Positions 57,428 to 64,000 of a stretch of 64,000 nt of DNA are shown here, piece after piece. The stretch's first letter is position 1. Every line of letters begins with the position of its first letter. Made by a program: the position numbers and the translations under genes. The stretch is from a virus. The DNA is taken from positions 1-64,000 of IMG/VR virus record IMGVR_UViG_3300006735_000002, one strand, 5' to 3'. A model generated the notes under the pieces. That model saw only the letters and a program-made list of their open reading frames with translations, did no database searches and was not told the origin of the DNA.

Positions 57428-58597
57428 TCAGGCAGAGACGAGCACGCGGTTCTCAACGCTGCGCACGATGCCGTCGAGGAGGACAGCGTTGGAGAACTTC
57501 TCCATTTCGTGCTGGAGAGAGAGGCTCTCCTCCTGCGCCACTCGGGTGATGCCATCAACGGCACCTGCCAGGGTGCCGTACGGGCTGCTGGTCTCGTCGC
57601 GCAAACCGCGCTCGAAGACGTTGGTCAGCACGCGGTCGGGCACCCGGGTCTTGCGCTTGGCGTTGACCTCGGTGATGAAGGTCTCGACCGGGCCCAGTGT
57701 GTTGTCCTCGATCTTGGCGTCGGGATCGAAGTCGATGCGGGTGTTGACCGACTGCTCGTAGAGGTCGAAGCCCTCACCCATACCGCGGCGGATGCCCGCC
57801 AACTGCTCGGGCAGGTGGTCGTTGACGCGCTGCATCATGTCGCCGACGTGGTTGTGACGCGACCGACCGTAGTCCTCCAGCGTGGCGGCGATGCCGTTGC
57901 TGCAGATCAACTTCCAGAGCTTGCCCCAGAACGACAGGCTGGCGTGCCCGGTCTCGCTGTTCCACATCTCGATCATCTTGATCGGCGTGCCCAGCTTGAT
58001 GGGCTCGTCGGCGATGCGGACTCGCATGCGCTCTGTCGTGAGCTGGTACTCGATGACGTTGCGGTCGCCGCCGAAGTGGTCGACTGCCAGCGACAGTGCC
58101 TCGACGTGGGACAGTGGCGCGTACCCCTCGGTCACGACACCGTCGAGAACGGGCAGGCTCTCGCCGCGACGGGAGCTCACTCGCCAGCGCAGCGTCTTGC
58201 TCACGCGCTGCGACCACATACGGAGCATGAGGTTGGTGGCCTCGAAGGCGCGTGCCTCCTGCCCACGCCAGTTGGCGGTGCTGTCGAGCTCGGCCGTCTG
58301 CTCGAGAATCTTACCGAGGCCGGAGATCTCGAGGTACTGGCTCAGCTGGCGGAAGGCGGACTTGGCCACCTTGACCTTGTCGTTGCCGAGTACGGCGACG
58401 GCACCACCGTCTTTGGCGGGGAAGAAGGCGAACGGCACAGCGTTCACCGGAATGAGGTAGTCGTGTCGAGCCTGCTTCTCGCTGATGACTGACTGCAGGT
58501 GCGCCACATCGGACAGGGTCATGCCCGCATCGTGGCCGCGCTTGAGGATGAGGCTGCTGGGCAGCAGGATGTTGATGTTGGGATCGATGATGGTCAT
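57428..58597 (-). CDS. DUF932/DUF945-family phage protein
   Basis: VVTEGYAPLSH, WNSETG..SL......KLICSNG and TLAGAVDGITRVAQ motifs. Confidence 0.75.
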   Translation of the reverse strand: MTIIDPNINILLPSSLILKRGHDAGMTLSDVAHLQSVISEKQARHDYLIPVNAVPFAFFPAKDGGAVAVLGNDKVKVAKSAFRQLSQYLEISGLGKILEQTAELDSTANWRGQEARAFEATNLMLRMWSQRVSKTLRWRVSSRRGESLPVLDGVVTEGYAPLSHVEALSLAVDHFGGDRNVIEYQLTTERMRVRIADEPIKLGTPIKMIEMWNSETGHASLSFWGKLWKLICSNGIAATLEDYGRSRHNHVGDMMQRVNDHLPEQLAGIRRGMGEGFDLYEQSVNTRIDFDPDAKIEDNTLGPVETFITEVNAKRKTRVPDRVLTNVFERGLRDETSSPYGTLAGAVDGITRVAQEESLSLQHEMEKFSNAVLLDGIVRSVENRVLVSA

Positions 58598-58598
58598 G

Positions 58599-58700
58599 TC
58601 AGTTGCTCCGGTGGTTGTGCTTGCGGATGATGGCGTCCCGCAGGAACGGGTCGCCCAGGGTGTCGAGCCCGAGGGCCTTGCGGATGGCGGCGGTGTTCAT
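58599..58700 (-). CDS. Small protein (33 aa)
   Basis: MNTAAIRKALGLDTLGDPFLRDAIIRKHNHRSN; GGAGGAG RBS. Confidence 0.5.
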   Translation of the reverse strand: MNTAAIRKALGLDTLGDPFLRDAIIRKHNHRSN

Positions 58701-58900
58701 GTTGCTCCTCCCTTGTTGATCTTGACCCAGCAGGCGAGCCAGACCTCGCCAGTCTCCGGGTCCTTGCGGGCGACGTGGCCGCCGCCTGCGTCGACCAGCT
58801 CAACCAGGTTGTCGGCGTCGAGGACCTGCTGGGCCTCGGGGTCGGTGACCTCGTGTCTCTCGAACGTGTCGAGGTCCTGTGCCATGAATGTCTCTCCCAT
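58697..58900 (-). CDS. Small acidic protein
   Basis: GAGGAG RBS; WLACWVKI C-terminus. Confidence 0.6.
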   Translation of the reverse strand: MGETFMAQDLDTFERHEVTDPEAQQVLDADNLVELVDAGGGHVARKDPETGEVWLACWVKINKGGAT

Positions 58901-58908
58901 GTTGCTCC

Positions 58909-59754
58909 TCACTTTGCCGCTGCTGCGGCGGTGTCGTTGTTGATGCGGCGGACCTTGGAGGCAATCGCTCCATGGAAGGCCAGCCAGAAGGACGGCCGAC
59001 GAGCCCCGCGCTCGTTGCCGTTGCACCCATGGCACTGCACACAGGTCAGTCCGTGGGCGTCTGCATTGCACTCTCGACCGAGTGCGGCGAAGGCGGCGTC
59101 GTCTTCTGCGGAACCGCTCGATGCGAACCAGCGCCAGCCAGCAGCACGGGCACGCATCGCATCCGCCGGGCTGGATACCGAGGCCATGAAGTACTGTCCC
59201 CAGGTGGCAGCGTCGAGGCTGCGCCACGCTGCGGTGTAGCCGCTGTGACCCTTGGCTCCATGGAGGATGCTCTCCCACACATGGAGTGGAACAGCTGCGC
59301 CGTCACCGTCGTTGGTCAGGCGGATCTCCGCACCAGTGTAGAAGCCGTCAGGGACACCGACGACACCCCGCAGGAGCAGGCCCAGCGCTGCCTCCCAGGC
59401 GAACCCGAGACGATGCTTGTCGACATAGCAAGTGCCGAGACCATGTCGTGCCTTGCTGCGATGGACGCAGTCGTCAGGGCAGACTGCGTCGTCAAGTCCT
59501 GCGTCGTAGGCAGGACCCGGTGCGATGTCCTGCCGCATCACTGCGACCTGGATCATGTCTCCCGTCTTCACGTTCTTGGATGAGGCGTTGTTGCACTGCG
59601 CCACGACCATGATGGGGTCGCCGGTGAGCAGCGAGTTGCCTGCCCACAACACAATGGTCGATGGCAGGTCGGCCACTCGGCGAACGCCGAGAACCTTCTT
59701 GACGTGCTGCTTCCAGGCGGAACGCCACTTGAGGTTGAGGAAGGATGCGGTCAT
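58909..59754 (-). CDS. Conserved Cys-rich phage early protein (Gp88-like)
   Basis: SLLTGDPI...N.KTGDMIQ...D.AVC..C.HR...CYV, IRL...GD, HSGYT.AW, MASV, C...C..C..C motifs. Confidence 0.7.
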   Translation of the reverse strand: MTASFLNLKWRSAWKQHVKKVLGVRRVADLPSTIVLWAGNSLLTGDPIMVVAQCNNASSKNVKTGDMIQVAVMRQDIAPGPAYDAGLDDAVCPDDCVHRSKARHGLGTCYVDKHRLGFAWEAALGLLLRGVVGVPDGFYTGAEIRLTNDGDGAAVPLHVWESILHGAKGHSGYTAAWRSLDAATWGQYFMASVSSPADAMRARAAGWRWFASSGSAEDDAAFAALGRECNADAHGLTCVQCHGCNGNERGARRPSFWLAFHGAIASKVRRINNDTAAAAAK

Positions 59755-59772
59755 GTATTGCTCCGTGTTGTG

Positions 59773-59805
59773 GCACAGCGTATTGTGCTGTGCTGTTACT
59801 GTCAA
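59773..59805 (-). promoter_or_regulatory. Sigma70 early promoter with operator-like inverted repeat
   Basis: TTGACA-17 nt-TACGCT; GCACAGC-N7-GCTGTGC (59773-59793) straddles the -10. Confidence 0.75.
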
Positions 59806-60140
59806 GGATGGATGATCGTCCAAGCCTGCCACACGGCGACATGCCGCATGGCTTCGCGCATCCCGTCGGCGGAGATGCACCATGCCTCGATGCCTCCATC
59901 GAGGTTCAGCGCCCCGCCCCTGCGCTTGAGCAGAGTCGAGACGTAGTACCGGCGCACGAACTGCCCCTCGTCGGGGAAGGTGTCCCCGGCGAACTCGCGG
60001 TCGTAGAACTCGACCAGGGGCTCGGCCTCCTCGTGGGTCTTGCCGTGGTTGAGGCCGTAGCGGTCGCCCTTGCGGACGAACCGCACACGCCAGGGCTGAC
60101 CCGTCTCGTGGTCGATGAAGTCGTGGAGGGGGTCGGTCAT
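59802..60140 (-). CDS. Conserved phage hypothetical protein
   Basis: VRFVRKGDRYG...PLVEFYD...GQFV.RYY.STL...L.LDGG..AW pattern. Confidence 0.7.
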   Translation of the reverse strand: MTDPLHDFIDHETGQPWRVRFVRKGDRYGLNHGKTHEEAEPLVEFYDREFAGDTFPDEGQFVRRYYVSTLLKRRGGALNLDGGIEAWCISADGMREAMRHVAVWQAWTIIHP

Positions 60141-60367
60141 GATGTCTCCTCGTTGGTGCAGGTGTCGATGCAGTCGCGCGGGACACCCGGGATGTCGGCC
60201 TCCAGGGCGACGCCAACAGGGGCGTTCCAGTCCCAGGACTTGACGTTCTCGTCCTTGGCGTTTCGCTTCGCGCAGTGAGGGCAGAGCTCACCGTCGCGCG
60301 CGAAGTAGCGAATGCGGCTGCCGGTCACACGGCAGTGGCCTCCGAGGTAGCGGGTAAAGGGGGTCAT
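60137..60367 (-). CDS. Small zinc-binding protein
   Basis: CPHC...CIDTC; GGAG RBS. Confidence 0.65.
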   Translation of the reverse strand: MTPFTRYLGGHCRVTGSRIRYFARDGELCPHCAKRNAKDENVKSWDWNAPVGVALEADIPGVPRDCIDTCTNEETS

Positions 60368-60502
60368 GATGTTTCTCCAGAGTGAGCGCCGACGCAGGGA
60401 ACCTGCGCCCCAAGGACCGTCCTTGGCTCAGACAACGAGGGCCCGGCAGCCGAAGCCGCCAGGCCCTCACCCGTCGCACGAATCACTCAGCCTTGATGAA
60501 CG

Positions 60503-61132
60503 TCATGCCTCACCTTTGCTGACCAAGGTCCAGAAGACCGCGGTGTTCTCTCCGATAGATTCCTTTCCCATCACTGCGCGAGCGAGCTTTCGGTGCTCGG
60601 GGCCGAAGGGCTCGGGGAAACCGCGGAGGCAGCCCAGGAGGATCTCCCACTCCAAGGACAGTGCGATGTCCATCCTCGCCCACTCACAGCAGGCGAGGAG
60701 CTCGTCCACGGCGAGAAGCCAGTCATCCACTCGCTTCGTGTGCCAGTCTTCGTCCGGGTACTGGTTGACCAGCTCCTTCAGGTTGTAGTCGATGTCCTCA
60801 TCATCGAACGGGTCGCGCGGAACATCGGAAGGAGCGTTGCCCTTCCGCATAGCCAGACCGGCGATGGCGGCTGCTTCCATGTCGTACTCCCGCTCGAGCT
60901 TCACGTGCTCGTCATACGCCTGCTGGAAGTCCTCGGGCGTGACTGCCACGCCCACATCAGGGAAGGCCTGCGCAGCCTCGGCCGCACGGAATCCTGGTCG
61001 AATGTGTACCAACTTGCCGCGGTACTCCCGCTTGACCACGACCCGCTGGGCGTAGTCGACGATGCTGCCCTCCCACTCCTCCATGACCGTGTTCCACGGA
61101 GGGAAGAAGGGGATGGTCTTGTCTCCCATCAC
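60503..61132 (-). CDS. Hypothetical protein
   Basis: GGAGGT RBS; 209 aa. Confidence 0.65.
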   Translation of the reverse strand: MMGDKTIPFFPPWNTVMEEWEGSIVDYAQRVVVKREYRGKLVHIRPGFRAAEAAQAFPDVGVAVTPEDFQQAYDEHVKLEREYDMEAAAIAGLAMRKGNAPSDVPRDPFDDEDIDYNLKELVNQYPDEDWHTKRVDDWLLAVDELLACCEWARMDIALSLEWEILLGCLRGFPEPFGPEHRKLARAVMGKESIGENTAVFWTLVSKGEA

Positions 61133-61350
61133 TCACCTCCCAGGGACCACGTGGTCTGGAGAAAGGACACCATGCGGTGCGCCGTCTTGGTCTCGTCGAA
61201 CGTGACCTCCTCGCGCCCCGGCACCCCCGGTATGATGTTGTTGACTGTGATGTCGTTGCCGCTGGTGCGGATCACGGTGCCGGTCACGTCGACCCCGTGG
61301 GATGCGAGGTAGAAACTCACGCGGCGGTCAAGGTAGAGGTGGGGCATCAT
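61129..61350 (-). CDS. Hypothetical protein
   Basis: GGAGGT RBS; overlapping junctions. Confidence 0.6.
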   Translation of the reverse strand: MMPHLYLDRRVSFYLASHGVDVTGTVIRTSGNDITVNNIIPGVPGREEVTFDETKTAHRMVSFLQTTWSLGGE

Positions 61351-61610
61351 GCCTCACCTCCGTCGGTGAAGCAGCCATCCCACACGCGGGCGTGGTCTTC
61401 CTGGGCGTGGCGGTGAACCTCATCGACTATTTCCTCGAGCTTCACGAGGAAGGTAGTCAGGGAGATTTCGTCTGTGTCTCTGCTCCCCATGTACATCCGC
61501 TCCGCGAGGAGGAAGATGTCTCTCTTCACGGTACTCGCGATGTCCTGCTTCACGATGAGCCCGTACGAACCTTTCATCAGTTCCTCGACGCGCTTTCTTT
61601 CACTACTCAT
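61347..61610 (-). CDS. Hypothetical protein
   Basis: AGGAG RBS; start set at ATG 61610. Confidence 0.6.
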   Translation of the reverse strand: MSSERKRVEELMKGSYGLIVKQDIASTVKRDIFLLAERMYMGSRDTDEISLTTFLVKLEEIVDEVHRHAQEDHARVWDGCFTDGGEA

Positions 61611-61728
61611 GTCATGCTCCTGTTGTTGATGGCAGACACACTTGTCATGCCTGAGAATGTCAGTGCTACTGGCATTCTCAGCCACGCACGGCCCACTACC
61701 TTAGCAGTAGCGGGCCGTGGTGTGCCTT

Positions 61729-61884
61729 TCAGGTGGTGAGGGCGAGGACCGTGACGGTCCCCATGCCGGCGCCGATGAGCGCCAGTACCAGGGTGCCGAC
61801 CCATCCGGTCGGCTGCTCGTCCCGGCCCACGCGGACCGGGATGCGATGGTCGGTGATCTGCTCGGTGTAGTCTTCGAGGTTCAT
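61729..61884 (-). CDS. Small membrane protein (51 aa)
   Basis: MNLEDY...WVGTLVLALIGAGMGTVTVLALTT; AGGAGG RBS; below the ORF-track cutoff. Confidence 0.6.
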   Translation of the reverse strand: MNLEDYTEQITDHRIPVRVGRDEQPTGWVGTLVLALIGAGMGTVTVLALTT

Positions 61885-62099
61885 GCCACACCTCCTGTGC
61901 TCATGATTGCGTCGTGGATCTTGTCGTTGACCAGAACGACGACCATCCTCTCTGTCTCGGCACCGGTCATGCCGTGGGTCTTGGCGATGTCGCGCTTCTC
62001 TTCTGGGCCGGGGGCGACCTCCGCAGCTTCGATGCGGTCACTGACGGTGGCCATGACGGTGGCCAAGGCCATTGCGGTTGCGTGAAAGTTCGATCCCAT
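61881..62099 (-). CDS. Hypothetical protein
   Basis: AGGAG RBS; 72 aa. Confidence 0.6.
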   Translation of the reverse strand: MGSNFHATAMALATVMATVSDRIEAAEVAPGPEEKRDIAKTHGMTGAETERMVVVLVNDKIHDAIMSTGGVA

Positions 62100-62169
62100 G
62101 GTGTTGCTCCTGATGTGCCCCCGGAGGGGCGAGGGTCAGCGGGACAGTGCCCGCTTGAGGGTGGGTGCT

Positions 62170-62613
62170 TCAGCCGTGCTTGCTGAGGGCGTGGTCGCTC
62201 CAGAAGGCAGCAGCCTCGACAGCTTCCGAGGGCTTCATGCCCGAGTCCCACCACTCTCGGGGAGCGACAGTGGACCCGATGCTCCCGTAGGCGGTGAACA
62301 CCTTGGGGTCATCGCCGGCGATGCCGATGACCACCATGTGGTCTGCCGGTCGGCACGGGCGGTTGATGAGGCGGCTCGGTCCGGGGCGGTTGCCCCGCTT
62401 CACGTACTCCACCTCTTCCTCGGGGACGGACTCGTCACCACAGGACGGACCGTACAGAGCCGACTGGAGCGTGCCGGCCAGCTCCTCGAGCGGGACGGCA
62501 TCGACGAAGAATCCCTCCCGCACGCTCATCAGGATGTCGATGAGCTTGTGGTGTCTCTCGTCCAGCCCGTGGTCAGCGTGAAAGATTGGCGTGCCCTTGG
62601 GGGTAGCGGTCAT
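62170..62613 (-). CDS. Conserved phage hypothetical protein
   Basis: SALYGP..GD..V...R..R.GPSRL...FTAYG...APREWWD...FW..HAL pattern; GGAG RBS. Confidence 0.7.
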   Translation of the reverse strand: MTATPKGTPIFHADHGLDERHHKLIDILMSVREGFFVDAVPLEELAGTLQSALYGPSCGDESVPEEEVEYVKRGNRPGPSRLINRPCRPADHMVVIGIAGDDPKVFTAYGSIGSTVAPREWWDSGMKPSEAVEAAAFWSDHALSKHG

Positions 62614-62763
62614 GGTTCTCTCCGATGCAGGCTGAGTGAACGCACGACGAGCAGACCTGCGGACATGCAGGAGCCTGCTGCGCTCGCCGTGCGGGATGGT
62701 TGCTCAAGCGCATGAGGCTGCTCGACCCTGTCGGGGAGCGGCGTCACACCTTGGCGCGATTGC

Positions 62764-62897
62764 TGGGAGCGGAGGGCATCGAACCCTCTACCGTCAAGGT
62801 CTCGTGTCGAGGTGATCAGCCTCTCCACGGCAGCGTCCTCAGGTGATCAGCCCGTGAACATCTGCGCGACCAACGGCCCTTACCAACCGGCGCTCCC
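62764..62897 (-). ncRNA. tRNA-like RNA (134 nt) with forked anticodon arm bearing two CUGAUCA loops
   Basis: Acceptor stem GGGAGCG/CGCTCCC plus A discriminator; T-arm GAGGG-TTCGATG-CCCTC; GG-containing D region; two internal hairpins with identical 7-nt loops; no CCA encoded; intergenic. Confidence 0.75.
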
Positions 62898-63005
62898 TCA
62901 GGATGAACCTGAGGCCCAATCAAGGCTCTCCTCTTGCGAGGTTGTAGGCGTGGAATCAGACGCCTCGTTACTTGTATACCGCTGCCTTGACTCAGCGGTG
63001 AGTGG

Positions 63006-63230
63006 TCACGGGATGAGGTAGGAAACCTCAACCTCGTACAACCCGCTCCACTCTCCGAACGGGTCGATCACTGCATCGCAGTGCTCGACCTCCGCCAGGA
63101 ACACCTGGCCCTCATGGGTCACCGCGACGCGGAGACCCACTTCGATTGCTTTTCCGACGATGAAGATTGCGTCTTCATCGTCGGAGAAGTTCGCCTTACT
63201 CAAGGCGAACTGTCGCAGGGCGGGGGTCAT
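63006..63230 (-). CDS. Hypothetical protein
   Basis: GGAG RBS; start set at ATG 63230. Confidence 0.55.
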   Translation of the reverse strand: MTPALRQFALSKANFSDDEDAIFIVGKAIEVGLRVAVTHEGQVFLAEVEHCDAVIDPFGEWSGLYEVEVSYLIP

Positions 63231-63429
63231 GTCTCTCTCCAATGCCGGAAGCAAGGAACCCACACACACCTCCGGCGGGGTGCATGTGGGCATGCCGTCA
63301 GGGTCGTGGCCTCTCGGCCACGGTGCCCCCGCACGAGGGGAAGCAGGGGGGCGATGCTCAACCCTGCCTCAACCCACGCCAGGGGCGCGATGCGATGCGG
63401 GCAACCTCACGGGTGCCCGCGGTGTGCCG

Positions 63430-63564
63430 CTACCAGAAGTAGCGACACACCTTGTCGAGCGCCACGCGGGCAGCCACAAGGGCCGCCCGGTACGCCAGGT
63501 TGATGCCCGGCCGCTCCTCCTCTCGTTCGAGGAGTTCGACCATGTGCCGGCCGATCACTGTCAT
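63430..63564 (-). CDS. Small protein (44 aa)
   Basis: MTVIGRHMVELLEREEERPGINLAYRAALVAARVALDKVCRYFW; codon usage like its neighbours, weak RBS. Confidence 0.4.
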   Translation of the reverse strand: MTVIGRHMVELLEREEERPGINLAYRAALVAARVALDKVCRYFW

Positions 63565-64000
63565 CTCTACGCTTTCCAAGTTCACCGGAACTCCTCGGCA
63601 CACCGACATGTCATGCCGGTGTCAGGTATGCCGGTAAGTGTGTGACACTTCCGGCGGGTTGAGCACTCAAGCGTAGCGACACGTGGTGTGCCTCGGCCGC
63701 TTGAATGCGAAAGAAAAACAGAGGGTCATACGGGATAACCCTCGTTGAACCTGTCATATGCAAGTCGGACAGGTTATGTCCGAATCACTGCTATGCCAGG
63801 TAGGAAGCCACCTCTCGCAGAATCCTCCCACGTTGGGGCGGATTCGAGGGTGGCTGCGCTTAAGAGAAACCTAAAGGTAGGGGTAACTCCTACCCGCCCC
63901 CCTGATGGGGGGTAGATCCTCGCGCGCTTAGGAATCCTTTTACAAGTCACACATTTGATCATTCAGAAATCTATCAGGTAGAACCTGAGTTAATCCGTAT

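Noticed and set aside
58909-60291. 460-aa ORF as given in the track
   Set aside because: The N-terminal ~180 codons overlap two better genes; the real start is ATG 59754, behind its own promoter and RBS.
62764-62897. Calling this element a normal tRNA-Ile, tRNA-Sec or tmRNA
   Set aside because: It is 134 nt with two loops, C at positions 8 and 37, no G3-U70 pair, no tag ORF and no long variable arm; reported as tRNA-like instead.
1-64000. Alternative genetic code, introns/inteins, DGR or retron
   Set aside because: Genes terminate cleanly at TAA, TAG and TGA with tight packing; TerL, PolA and the helicases are uninterrupted; no reverse transcriptase or homing endonuclease motifs were recognised.

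Overview
This window is most of a GC-rich (roughly 60-65% by eye) tailed dsDNA phage genome, probably podovirus-like, read in the standard bacterial code. No integrase, tape-measure or sheath gene is recognisable. Left arm (minus strand): the 5' end of a probable portal gene, a cluster of low-complexity proteins with peptidoglycan-binding and SHOCT-like motifs, the large terminase and a ribbon-helix-helix regulator. Plus strand, 6.4-35.6 kb: capsid decoration proteins, major capsid protein, adaptor, nozzle, tail appendage proteins, ejection-type proteins and a ~5,100-aa polyvalent protein (muramidase-like, ART-like and zincin domains). Minus strand, 35.6-52 kb: a replication/recombination module (DUF927 helicase, Rad50-like ATPase, adenine MTase, UDG-fused family A polymerase with unusual active-site residues, AAA_24 ATPase, AdoMet decarboxylase, PD-(D/E)xK nuclease, SNF2-like helicase, AEP-like primase). 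A lone plus-strand TerS-like gene sits at 52.1 kb. From 52.6 to 64 kb is an early region of small genes separated by strongly structured spacers. The most striking unexplained element is a 134-nt tRNA-like RNA (62764-62897, minus). It has an acceptor stem and T-arm, but its anticodon arm forks into two hairpins carrying the identical palindrome-containing loop CUGAUCA. All calls come from manual motif reading; no database searches or folding programs were run.
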